Positions 19,522 through 28,538 of a stretch of DNA of 64,000 nucleotides are shown piece after piece (the stretch's first letter is position 1; every line of letters starts with the position of its first letter). The stretch covers positions 2,571 through 66,570 of the forward strand of contig JAGVYE010000001.1 of the NCBI GenBank assembly GCA_018303445.1, given 5' to 3'. The notes below the pieces were generated by a model that was not told the DNA's origin, did not search any database, and saw only the letters and a program-made list of their open reading frames with translations. A program made the position numbers and the translations under genes. Origin of the DNA: Candidatus Woesearchaeota archaeon (GTDB lineage: Archaea; Nanobdellota; Nanobdellia; Woesearchaeales; GW2011-AR9).

Positions 19522-19899
19522 GTGGATGAAAATTTTAGCAATTTAGTTATGGAATGCCGTAATTGTCATTTACAGTTCTACGCTTCTGAATTAAAAGTTG
19601 AAGCTGGTTCAAATTTATTAATCTGCGTGAATTGTTATACTCTGCCGGGAAGCAAAGTTAGGGTAATTAAAGACAGGCCTGTCTACAAAAGACCATCTAT
19701 GGTGCAAGATAAAGCGGTTTTTTCACAACAGTCGCTGGAGAAGAAACCAATTCAGAAAGAAGCTTCTCTTAATCTTCCTGAAGGTTATACTTTATTTGCC
19801 TGTCGCCGATGTAACTATTCATTTACGCGAAAGAATGATTATAACCGAGAATGCCCTTACTGTTCTCGCCAAAATTTGAGTGTTCTTAAGAAGAATTGA
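19522..19899 (+). CDS. Double zinc-ribbon protein
   Basis: Two CxxC...CxxC units: 'CRNCH...CVNCY' and 'CRRCN...CPYC'. Confidence 0.4.
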   Translation: MDENFSNLVMECRNCHLQFYASELKVEAGSNLLICVNCYTLPGSKVRVIKDRPVYKRPSMVQDKAVFSQQSLEKKPIQKEASLNLPEGYTLFACRRCNYSFTRKNDYNRECPYCSRQNLSVLKKN

Positions 19900-19938
19900 A
19901 AGAAATGTTTTTTATAGTCTGCTTACTTCCGCTATTTT

Positions 19939-20337
19939 ATGAATGTTCCTGCCCACCTCAGTTTCGGTATTTTTAGCGGTTTTCTAGTTTATTATCTCAC
20001 TCAAGACTGGGTTGCTGCCTTTCTGATGTTTATGATCCAAATCGGTTTAGTGCTAGACTATCTCTTTAAGAAAACGATACATTTTGAGCCCTTGCATACT
20101 GTTCTTGCGCTTCTCATTATATCTCTCGTTTCCTTTGTTCTTTTTCCAGCGTACTCTTTATTCATTTTTTCCGCGTATTCCTTACATCTCTTTCTTGATA
20201 TTTTTGTCGAAGAAAAAATACCGTTGCTTTATCCCTTGAAGACAAAACTTATGTTTCCTTTGAAATATAGTGAAAAATTTGTTATTACTTTGAGTTTGCT
20301 TGGATCACTTACTTTACTCTTCCTGATTCTTTTCTAA
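19939..20337 (+). CDS. Membrane-bound metal-dependent hydrolase-like protein (DUF457/YdjM-like)
   Basis: 'MNVPAHLSFG' N-terminal His motif and 'YSLHLFLD'. 4 TM helices. Confidence 0.35.
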   Translation: MNVPAHLSFGIFSGFLVYYLTQDWVAAFLMFMIQIGLVLDYLFKKTIHFEPLHTVLALLIISLVSFVLFPAYSLFIFSAYSLHLFLDIFVEEKIPLLYPLKTKLMFPLKYSEKFVITLSLLGSLTLLFLILF

Positions 20338-20639
20338 TGGCTTCCCAAGACCATAAAAACCTGATGCGGACATTGAATAAATTAGTAAAAGAAGAGAAAT
20401 GGCGGAAAATGCCGAAAGCTGCTGGGAAAGTTCTCAGTAAAAGTATGACAAAAAGCGGAAATTACCGCCTCGTTTTAGAGAAAGGAGAAACAAGAAAGAC
20501 CATCTATGTTCTCAAGAAGAATCAGAATCTCTTTGCTGTTGCGGAAGGAATTAAGAAAGGAGACAAAGTTACGGCAGCTTTACGAAGATATTTAGGAAAG
20601 ATGTATTGCACGAAAATAAATATGGTTAGCGACTCTTGA
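20337..20639 (+). CDS. Hypothetical basic protein
   Basis: Translationally coupled (TAATG overlap) to the preceding gene. Confidence 0.3.
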   Translation: MASQDHKNLMRTLNKLVKEEKWRKMPKAAGKVLSKSMTKSGNYRLVLEKGETRKTIYVLKKNQNLFAVAEGIKKGDKVTAALRRYLGKMYCTKINMVSDS

Positions 20640-21543
20640 ACTGATAATCCCCTTCTATTTTCGATTCTGTAGTTCCAAACTTTTTTTTATATCTTTCTAA
20701 ATCATCTTGGCTTAATGGTGTAATATAAAAACCGCGATCTATGATTGGAACTCCCTGCCGTGCTAATATGCTCATAACCTGCAGATCGAGGAATTCTTGC
20801 GGCGAATGCGAATTTCTACGTATACAGGCTCGCTTACGGAAAACATAAAAAGACTTGTTTCCTGAAAGTTCAATGAAAGCAACAAGTTTACTTTCTTCAA
20901 ATGCTCCATAAACTGTAGTTAATGGCTGCTGCATTCTTAAACGAAGGGAAGGCGCATATTTCTGTATAATATCTAACCAACCTAGTTCTTTATATAAGTA
21001 TTTATCTAATTCTTCTTTATCAACTTGGTCTTTATTCCTTTCTCTTTTCCTCATGATTCCTTCTTGTTTTTCTCTGACCCAGGCGGTAACAAGATCTACA
21101 AGTTGAGGAGTATCATCAGTTGTAAGTCGTCGATACCAAAAACCAGTGTGCGCAAAACGTTTCAACCGCCGTTCATATTCTTCGGAAGGCAATAGTTTTT
21201 GATACATTCTCGGTTTTTTTTCCTGACCATCTGTAAAAAGACTCTTTGGTATTAATTTGGAGTCTGAATATCCTACTAATAATACAAAAGAAGCAATATC
21301 ACTCACTTCTTTTATTAAAGGTTCCATGTTTTCTTGGAGTTCTTCCTCAAAGGGAGGTGAAATCATAACGGTGTCCTTAGTATATTCCATAAGAAAAGAA
21401 TTTTTCTTTCCGCGAAGAAGGGCATGGGTTCGTGGTTTAGGTTCTTCGTCATTTAAGTTATTGTCCAGCATATGAAAACTATGTCTCATCATTCTCGTAG
21501 GTAATGGTTCTAGTTCCTCTATTGTAAACTGATTTTTTTTCAT
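20626..21543 (-). CDS. Hypothetical protein
   Basis: 305-aa ORF, long and uninterrupted in AT-rich DNA. Confidence 0.35.
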   Translation of the reverse strand: MKKNQFTIEELEPLPTRMMRHSFHMLDNNLNDEEPKPRTHALLRGKKNSFLMEYTKDTVMISPPFEEELQENMEPLIKEVSDIASFVLLVGYSDSKLIPKSLFTDGQEKKPRMYQKLLPSEEYERRLKRFAHTGFWYRRLTTDDTPQLVDLVTAWVREKQEGIMRKRERNKDQVDKEELDKYLYKELGWLDIIQKYAPSLRLRMQQPLTTVYGAFEESKLVAFIELSGNKSFYVFRKRACIRRNSHSPQEFLDLQVMSILARQGVPIIDRGFYITPLSQDDLERYKKKFGTTESKIEGDYQFKSR

Positions 21544-21820
21544 GAGGCTTGTCCATTCGTGCCAAGAGTTGTTATTTTTTCATAATGAGAAAAAGGTGGA
21601 GAATCTTTTAGGAGTTGGTGAATCTCTCCTCGGAGTTTTGTTTTTCCTTGAGCGGTTCTTAAATACATGGCATCACGCCTGACGATTAACATTACAATAG
21701 TCCAATGGTAATATTTTATAAAAATTTCTACTACGAAGTATTAATAATGTAAAAAATTACCCTGAAAGTTAGCTTTTCACCATTTTCTTCTTCGGCAGTG
21801 CCATTTGTTGTTGATAATGG

Positions 21821-22501
21821 TTATCTTAAGTCCATGACAACATAATATTCTGGTACTTTCTGGACTAATTTTGCAGGACAATGAATAACATCCACGTTCT
21901 GATGCTGGAAAGCTTCGTAGGCCGTTCTTTTCGCTTCGCCATAAAATAGAATAATCGCCACCTGAGCTTTTTTTACTAATAAAGCTGACATGGTCATCCT
22001 TTTTGGTGGTGGTTTGGGGGAATCGTCCATAGTAATAAAGAAAGGCGATGGATCTTTTATAGAATGATGGTTTGAGAATAAGGCTCCAATATGTCCGTCT
22101 TCTCCTGAACTAACTAGAATAAAGTCGTATTTTCCACCATATTTCTGTAATTCTTGTTGATATTTCTCTACTCCTTCTTGTACTTTGAAGGGGTGGAGGT
22201 TCTCCTGGCGAATTTTTCCATTTTTTACTAATTCGTCTAGGAACGTCTCTTTGGCGAGACGGAAGTTGCTTTCTTTATCTTCCAATGGAGCTATCCTTTC
22301 GTCGATCATGAAAATATGAATATTATCCCAGGGAATAACAGCTTTTTTGAGGAGTTTAAAAATGCCAGAAACACTTCTGCCGCCTGGAATGGCAAAAACA
22401 ACCTGTTGCTGAGTTCGGAGAAGTTTAGAAAGAGAAAAAGTAATAATCTCTACTACCTTCTGGTCACTTTGGTCTTTGGTAAGATAGCTGAAGGTAGTCA
22501 C
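21821..22501 (-). CDS. pgl: 6-phosphogluconolactonase
   Basis: 'AIPGGRSVSGIF' and 'IHIFMIDERIAP' are 6PGL/GlcN6P-deaminase family motifs. Confidence 0.7.
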   Translation of the reverse strand: MTTFSYLTKDQSDQKVVEIITFSLSKLLRTQQQVVFAIPGGRSVSGIFKLLKKAVIPWDNIHIFMIDERIAPLEDKESNFRLAKETFLDELVKNGKIRQENLHPFKVQEGVEKYQQELQKYGGKYDFILVSSGEDGHIGALFSNHHSIKDPSPFFITMDDSPKPPPKRMTMSALLVKKAQVAIILFYGEAKRTAYEAFQHQNVDVIHCPAKLVQKVPEYYVVMDLR

Positions 22502-23397
22502 TTTTTTTCCAAGGCATGTCCGCCAAATTCGTTTCGTACGGCCGCAATAACGCTCTTTCCTAACGAAAACTTTCCACTTTTATCTTCTCGAATCATCGTT
22601 GCGACATCGAAAGCCGGAGCGTACCCTTTCACGGCTTCTTTGGTTTTGCGCAGTTCTCCGATGGTTACGCTGCCGATAGTGGTACCAATATTTTTAAAAT
22701 CTTCACGGCGCAAGGCTTTTGTCGTTAATTCTAAAAGCCAACTTCTGATAACAGAGGCCGGTTCCCATAAGGCTGTGGCTTTATCCAACGAAATCGGATG
22801 CTTAAATTTGCTGAGCAGTTCAACACCTTCCGCCAAACCCTGAAGATACACATATTCAATAATATTATGCACACTTTTTACAAAATGGCCGGAGCCAGCA
22901 GGACCAAAGTATCCATACCCTCCTTTTGGGGCGAGAGATTTACAAAAAGGTTCTATGGCCGAGAATTCTTCTTTCGGACCGCCAATCATTAAAGTATATC
23001 CGTTTTGCAATCCCCAAATGCCGCCAGAAACGCCGCAGTCGAAGAAATGTACTCCATACTTTTTACACCAAGAGTCATGTTTTTCGGCATTTTCATAAAA
23101 GTCATTTGCGCCATCAATGATAATGTCTCCTTTCTTAAGAAGAGGAAGAAGTTCTTTGATCATTTCATCCGTCGGCTCTCCTGCGGGCAACATCAGCCAG
23201 ACAATTTTTTTCTTATCGAGCTTTGGCAATAATTCTGGGATGCTATAGGCAGGAAGGGCCCCTTTCTTGGCAATTTCATCGACTTTCTCCGGGCTTCTAT
23301 TATACGCCACAACCATATGCTTGTGAAGAAGCAGCCTTTCCGCCATATGGTATCCCATTCTTCCTAAACCAATTAAACCTAGTTTCATAATCGCCAC
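22498..23397 (-). CDS. gnd: 6-phosphogluconate dehydrogenase (decarboxylating), short ~300-aa form
   Basis: 'MKLGLIGLGRMGYHMAERLL' NAD(P) Rossmann. Overlaps pgl and zwf. Confidence 0.75.
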   Translation of the reverse strand: MAIMKLGLIGLGRMGYHMAERLLLHKHMVVAYNRSPEKVDEIAKKGALPAYSIPELLPKLDKKKIVWLMLPAGEPTDEMIKELLPLLKKGDIIIDGANDFYENAEKHDSWCKKYGVHFFDCGVSGGIWGLQNGYTLMIGGPKEEFSAIEPFCKSLAPKGGYGYFGPAGSGHFVKSVHNIIEYVYLQGLAEGVELLSKFKHPISLDKATALWEPASVIRSWLLELTTKALRREDFKNIGTTIGSVTIGELRKTKEAVKGYAPAFDVATMIREDKSGKFSLGKSVIAAVRNEFGGHALEKK

Positions 23398-24770
23398 CTC
23401 AAATGATGTTTTTTTTCAAAAAGCGAGAGTTCCTGCGGTCCGGCACTTCCGATATTATATTCATAGATCTGATTTTTTTTCCGAAGAATTTGTTTGATGA
23501 CTTTCCATTGATATTCTATTTCATCGCTACGAACAAAAAGGGACTGGTCTCCTTTAATCACATCTTCAAGCAGTATTTCATAAGCCTCCGGGGAGCGAAG
23601 GTCGCGTATGCATTCATGGCAATAATTCATTTTTGCCGGCATGACGGCATTTGCTTTTCCAGGAACCTTGGCAAACAATTCCAGGGAAAAACCCTCATCT
23701 GGCTGCACGCGAATGGTAAGATAATTTGTATCACTCGGGCAGCTCGCTGAAAGAAGACAGTGCACGGACTTAAATTTAATATCAATCTTTACTTCTTTCT
23801 TATCCAGATTTTTTCCCGTGATAAGGTAAAAAGGGACGTTTTTCCATCGTTTATTGTTGATGCTTAATTTAACAGCGGCAAAAGTTTCTGTAGAAGAGTT
23901 TGAGTCCACATCTTTTTCTTTTTGATAGCCGCTATATTGGCCCAATAGCAGGTCTTTAACTTTTATGACCTTCAATACTTTTGCTTTTTCATCACGGATG
24001 AATTTTCCGGTTAATTTCTGTGGAGCTTCCATAGCCGTAAGGGCTAACATTTGCAGCATATGGTTTTGCACAACATCTTTGAGAGCACCATATTTATCAT
24101 AAAAATTACCCCGGCCTTCTAGCCCGATTTTTTCCCGGAAATGAATTTGAACAGACTGGATGTTTGAGGAATCCCATAACGGCTCTAAAACCCGATTAGT
24201 AAAGCGGAGAATGGCAATATTGCCAACTAATTCTTTTCCTAAGTAGTGATCTATCCGGTACACTTGGTTTTCATTAAAGACGCGCGCAATTCCTCGGTTA
24301 ATTTTCCTTGCTGACGGTAGATCGTGTCCAAAAGGTTTCTCATAGACAAGACGCGACCATTTCTTTCCCTGCTCTTTGGCAATACCTGTCTTTGCGAGAT
24401 TAAGAGTGATAGCATTAAAGTGGTCGGGGAGAGTGGCAAGATAAAACAGCCGATGGCCAGGCAATTGATGTTTTGATTCTAAGTTTCGTAAGATTTTTCC
24501 TAGCTTACGGTAATGCTGACAATCATAAAAGTCAAATTGTTGATAGTACGCATTGTTTTCAAGCCTTTGCCAGATATTTTCCTTGACATCTTTAATAAAT
24601 TCCCGCGCTTCCTTCAGAATTTCCTTCATCTCTAATTCTCGTCGCGCTGCACCAACAAGGGCAAATTTCTCAATTTTGTTCTCTTCGATAAGTTTGTAAA
24701 TGGCGGGAATAATTTTTCTCTTTGCTAAATCTCCGGTTACACCTAAGATTATGAACGTTATTTCGGGCAT
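23385..24770 (-). CDS. zwf: Glucose-6-phosphate 1-dehydrogenase
   Basis: Signature 'RIDHYLGKE'. N-terminal 'LGVTGDLAKRK'. 461 aa. Confidence 0.8.
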   Translation of the reverse strand: MPEITFIILGVTGDLAKRKIIPAIYKLIEENKIEKFALVGAARRELEMKEILKEAREFIKDVKENIWQRLENNAYYQQFDFYDCQHYRKLGKILRNLESKHQLPGHRLFYLATLPDHFNAITLNLAKTGIAKEQGKKWSRLVYEKPFGHDLPSARKINRGIARVFNENQVYRIDHYLGKELVGNIAILRFTNRVLEPLWDSSNIQSVQIHFREKIGLEGRGNFYDKYGALKDVVQNHMLQMLALTAMEAPQKLTGKFIRDEKAKVLKVIKVKDLLLGQYSGYQKEKDVDSNSSTETFAAVKLSINNKRWKNVPFYLITGKNLDKKEVKIDIKFKSVHCLLSASCPSDTNYLTIRVQPDEGFSLELFAKVPGKANAVMPAKMNYCHECIRDLRSPEAYEILLEDVIKGDQSLFVRSDEIEYQWKVIKQILRKKNQIYEYNIGSAGPQELSLFEKKHHLRWRL

Positions 24771-24779
24771 TCTTTTCCT

Positions 24780-25709
24780 TTACTCTACAATCGGTTTTAT
24801 TTCGTTACCAAATATGGCACTGATTTCTTTGCAGTACGAAACGATATTTTTCTTAAACCAGGGAGGTTTACTTTTCTGAATTTGGCCCATAATAAAATAG
24901 CTTACAGCCATAATACTCCCATAATCAGCTTTGGCAGGGAGAGGGAGGTCAAAGCGATCTTTTCCCCATAAAGTATTTTTATCACCAAAACTGATAAATA
25001 ATTCATCGGGACGTTTTACAATTGTCGTAGCATGTTTAACGTATTCTGTAGAAAAAATAGAGTAGGCAAGCTCTCGGCCAAACATTTCCACAAATTTTTT
25101 GTCTAACATCTCTCTCATAAGCTCAAATTGTGGTGGAAGGAGGAGATAAAAAGCACCATAATTTTGAAAATTGGGAAAATTAAGTTTGGCAATGGTTTTT
25201 TCTATAAACTGAAGGATATGATAGGGATTTTCTCGTGTTTTTCCCAAAATCATACCCAGATATGTTGATGTGTTATAAGTATATGGTTCTCTATTTTTGG
25301 GGAAAATGAAAACATTTTGAGAAGGCAGCTCTTTTGCGGCCAGAGCCTTTTGGTTGTTGGTAATAAGGTAGACTGGTTTCTTTCTTTTCTTCGCTTCTTT
25401 TGCCATTAATGGGGCATGTTTTCCTCCTGAGGCGGAAAAAATGAGAACAGCATCAATATTTTTAATCTTCAGAAGTTTTTCTTGGTAAGAATTTTCATTG
25501 GCGTAAACGGCATCATGGTCATTGAAGATAATCTGGCCGATAGCGGCGGCGTTGCCGCTGCCAATGACTAAAGGGCGTTTCCATTTGCTGATGGGAAGAG
25601 AGGGAAGCTTCGTTTTTGAGAACAATTCCAGAGCCGCCAGGACGCAGGTGTCTAAATTAGGAATATTTTGCAGTGTAAACGTTTGCATAATTTGGAGATA
25701 TTTTCCCAT
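24780..25709 (-). CDS. SIS-domain sugar-phosphate isomerase-like protein (possible bifunctional phosphoglucose/phosphomannose isomerase)
   Basis: 'LVIGSGNAAAIGQI' and 'AVLIFSASGGKHAPL' resemble the SIS domain. Size and adjacency to zwf-gnd-pgl fit archaeal PGI/PMI. Confidence 0.4.
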   Translation of the reverse strand: MGKYLQIMQTFTLQNIPNLDTCVLAALELFSKTKLPSLPISKWKRPLVIGSGNAAAIGQIIFNDHDAVYANENSYQEKLLKIKNIDAVLIFSASGGKHAPLMAKEAKKRKKPVYLITNNQKALAAKELPSQNVFIFPKNREPYTYNTSTYLGMILGKTRENPYHILQFIEKTIAKLNFPNFQNYGAFYLLLPPQFELMREMLDKKFVEMFGRELAYSIFSTEYVKHATTIVKRPDELFISFGDKNTLWGKDRFDLPLPAKADYGSIMAVSYFIMGQIQKSKPPWFKKNIVSYCKEISAIFGNEIKPIVE

Positions 25710-25844
25710 TTTATTTATGCTTTGTTAATCTGTGCTATCCCCTAAAATTTTCATTTGTTTCTGATACCCCACTGCTTGCGGTAGTTGGGTTGTTTTGCAT
25801 CAATTCGCCATTATCAGATGGGATATCAGATACATTAAAAATAC

Positions 25845-25880
25845 CCCGCCCCTTGGGGCGGTTGGGATTTTTATTTTGTC
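25845..25880. terminator. GC-rich hairpin (6-bp stem ccgccc/gggcgg, 4-nt loop) flanked by T-runs on both strands; candidate terminator downstream of the glutaredoxin-like gene
   Basis: 'ccccgccccttggggcgg' is followed by 'gatttttattttg' on the plus strand and preceded by 'aaaaata', which gives a U-run on the minus strand. Confidence 0.35.
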
Positions 25881-25887
25881 TCTCTCT

Positions 25888-26193
25888 TTATTTCTTTCTT
25901 TTTGTTTCTTTCTCTAATGCTACTTCAATTGAGCCTGGATCGAAACCAATGATAATCTCTCCGTTAATATCTAAGACAGGAACACCCATTTGACGTGATT
26001 TATCAATCATCTCTTTACGGGCCTTTTCATTAGTACTAACATCAAATTCTTGGTATTTAACCTTTTTTTCTTTAAGAAAAATTTTTGTTTTTTTGCACCA
26101 AGGGCAGGTGGGGGTAGTGTAAATTTTAACGATCATAATTTTCACCTCTTTACTAGCTAAATCCTTTTGAGCTTTATAACTGTTATTGTCCAA
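25888..26193 (-). CDS. Glutaredoxin-like protein
   Basis: 'IYTTPTCPWCKKTKIFL' CPWC active site in a thioredoxin fold. 101 aa. Confidence 0.6.
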   Translation of the reverse strand: MDNNSYKAQKDLASKEVKIMIVKIYTTPTCPWCKKTKIFLKEKKVKYQEFDVSTNEKARKEMIDKSRQMGVPVLDINGEIIIGFDPGSIEVALEKETKRKK

Positions 26194-26220
26194 TTCTGAA
26201 AAAGATAATAAAAAGAAAAA

Positions 26221-26640
26221 TCAAGCAAAGAGTTCTTTCCATTTTCGCGGCCAGCCGCGAATGAGCAATAATGCTAAAGGCACAGCCCAGTTAGCCCAGC
26301 GTTCTATAAAATCCCAAATAGGATCTCCAGCAATTGGTCGAGCAAGGGCAGTTAAGAAACCCCAGGCTGTTGCCCAGATGAGCACCAAGCGAAGAGGGTA
26401 AATAAGAGCTAAAATTCCCACTATCAGGTCCATAATCCCTACGAGACTAAGAAGATTCATAGCTGTAGCTCCCGTAATGCCCGTCATTGCCGTTAACATT
26501 TCGATAAATCTTGGTTTTAATTGCAGGGCAAAGACGCCATGGCCTACAAACTCACCAAACAAACCTATTCTTAAAATCCACTCCACTTTACTAGTTTTTC
26601 CAACACTTTTTTCTTCCACAGGAATTACAGTTTTCTTCAT
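26221..26640 (-). CDS. DoxX family membrane protein
   Basis: 4 TM helices in the DoxX-like pattern 'GLFGEFVGHGVFAL'. Confidence 0.5.
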   Translation of the reverse strand: MKKTVIPVEEKSVGKTSKVEWILRIGLFGEFVGHGVFALQLKPRFIEMLTAMTGITGATAMNLLSLVGIMDLIVGILALIYPLRLVLIWATAWGFLTALARPIAGDPIWDFIERWANWAVPLALLLIRGWPRKWKELFA

Positions 26641-26676
26641 TTTTTACAAACCTCCTTTTTGTTACTTAAGCACATC

Positions 26677-27492
26677 TTATCCGAGACGTATTATATTTGT
26701 GGAGAATAAAATCAAAATAACTCCTAATGCAACCATTATTAACCCGGTAATTAACCGCATCCATTTCCTATTTTGCTTTCTCCATTCTTCTAGTCTCTTA
26801 ACCTTTAATCCAAAATAAACGAGTAGTAAAATAACAATTAAAGGGAGGACAAAAATAAAGTTATAAAGAAGGAGATAAAAAACTACCATGGGTTCAAATC
26901 CAATCTTGGACAGCAACGCTGTAATCGCTAAATAAGGCCCCCCTGTGCAGGGAAGTTCTACCGCGGCGACGAAAATTCCCAAACCTATAGCTCCAAAGAC
27001 ACTAATTTTTTTTATCTTTTCTTTAATCTCAAGGCTTCTCTGATAGGGAATACTTAATGAAAACCCTTGGCCATACCACCAAAAATCTTTAATCTCAATA
27101 AAACCGAGAATAATAACTAAAATTCCTACTCCTATGCCTATAGGTTCCGCTAAGTTAAATCGTTGCAGGAAAAGCAATAGACCAATCCCTGCTAATAAAT
27201 ATGTAATGTAAACTGCAAGGATATAAATTATCCCAACAAAAAGCATTTTCTGTTTATTCTTTGATAAAGCCAAGAGGGTTCCAATTAATAAAATTAAAAC
27301 TCCGATAGCGCAAGGATTAATAGAGTCTACTAAAGCTGTTGTGAGAACGATGGGAAGGGTTGGGAAAGAAATGTTTTCCAGAGCAACTGCTCCTGTAAGA
27401 GAGAATTCTCCGGAAGCAAGGAAAAAAACACTACAAAAGATAAAAAATAGCGTCAAGATTAAGAAAGCATTAAATCTCATGCGAAAGCACAT
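26677..27492 (-). CDS. Cytochrome c biogenesis CcdA / DsbD-transmembrane-domain family thiol-disulfide transporter
   Basis: 'VDSINPCAIGVLILLIG' (conserved TM Cys). Second half 'VELPCTGGPYL'. Confidence 0.65.
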   Translation of the reverse strand: MCFRMRFNAFLILTLFFIFCSVFFLASGEFSLTGAVALENISFPTLPIVLTTALVDSINPCAIGVLILLIGTLLALSKNKQKMLFVGIIYILAVYITYLLAGIGLLLFLQRFNLAEPIGIGVGILVIILGFIEIKDFWWYGQGFSLSIPYQRSLEIKEKIKKISVFGAIGLGIFVAAVELPCTGGPYLAITALLSKIGFEPMVVFYLLLYNFIFVLPLIVILLLVYFGLKVKRLEEWRKQNRKWMRLITGLIMVALGVILILFSTNIIRLG

Positions 27493-27896
27493 CCTGCTTT
27501 TTGAGCAATAGTTTCCAAAGGCTGAACTCCCACAATTCTTGTTCCATCTTTAAATTCCCAGGTGGGATATTTCTCGACCTTCTTTTCCAGGCAAAGACTG
27601 GTTTTCGCTTTTATGCCGCGACAGGCAGCGGGCAATTCCTCTTTTGCCACATCACAACGCGGGTCACATTCTATGTATACTTCTTTCTCTTTTAAGATAA
27701 AATTTGATTTTCCAAACATCTTTTCTTGCTTGGCACAATTTGGACACCAGAAAGCGCCATATTCTTTAACTTCTTTTTCGGCTAAACAGTTCGCTAACTT
27801 GTCCGTAACGTCCTTGGGATAAGAAGAGCTGCTACAGCCTATAATAAAGAACAATCCTAGTATTAATAATGTCAATATAATTCTATCTCTTTTCAT
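27477..27896 (-). CDS. Secreted thioredoxin-like protein (CxxC)
   Basis: Signal/TM helix then 'GAFWCPNCAKQEKMF'. Confidence 0.5.
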   Translation of the reverse strand: MKRDRIILTLLILGLFFIIGCSSSSYPKDVTDKLANCLAEKEVKEYGAFWCPNCAKQEKMFGKSNFILKEKEVYIECDPRCDVAKEELPAACRGIKAKTSLCLEKKVEKYPTWEFKDGTRIVGVQPLETIAQKAGCAFA

Positions 27897-28371
27897 GGCA
27901 TATCACTTTTAATTGGTACGATAAAATAAGCATCACGATAATAATCAGGTCTGCCGCCACACAAAGAATGCAGATCGACAGAATAAAAACTAATTCCGTG
28001 TACAGCAAATAAAGTGCAAAGAGCAGGCTCAGGAGCATCAAATAAAACAAAAAAGTTGAAAACGATTTTTTATTAAGAAGAAAAGAGTTAAGTTTTAGTT
28101 CTTTATTTGTTTTGATAGAGAAAAGAGAAACAACCACAATCATAAAAGTCACTATTCCCAGGAATGACACGGGAATCCCGCTTCCTGGCGGGAATTCTGA
28201 GTAAATGCTTTTATTGACAATGTCGCAGCTTAATTCGGGTGCAAAATCACAAAAGCTTTCTGTATCCGCATAATGGAGGAATAATAAATAAGAAAAGATA
28301 ATAATCGCGAGAAGTGAAAAGGAGAACATCCACTTAATTATTTTCAGCTTACAACTCTTTTTTTTGGACAT
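27883..28371 (-). CDS. Vitamin K epoxide reductase (VKOR) family protein, paralog 1
   Basis: Loop Cys pair 'FCDFAPELSCDIV' and TM CxxC 'ICILCVAADL'. Confidence 0.6.
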   Translation of the reverse strand: MSKKKSCKLKIIKWMFSFSLLAIIIFSYLLFLHYADTESFCDFAPELSCDIVNKSIYSEFPPGSGIPVSFLGIVTFMIVVVSLFSIKTNKELKLNSFLLNKKSFSTFLFYLMLLSLLFALYLLYTELVFILSICILCVAADLIIIVMLILSYQLKVICHEKR

Positions 28372-28538
28372 ATCTAATTTTAAGAAGATCTTGTAGTATA
28401 TAATACTTCTGTGAAAATAGATAATAAAATTGACTGTATTTTAATAGCAAACAGTCCATTCAGAAATCCAAAAAAGGTTATAACAAACTTTATTAATTTA
28501 AACAGTTTATCTTTCATTATTGAAAAAGAGGTAATATT

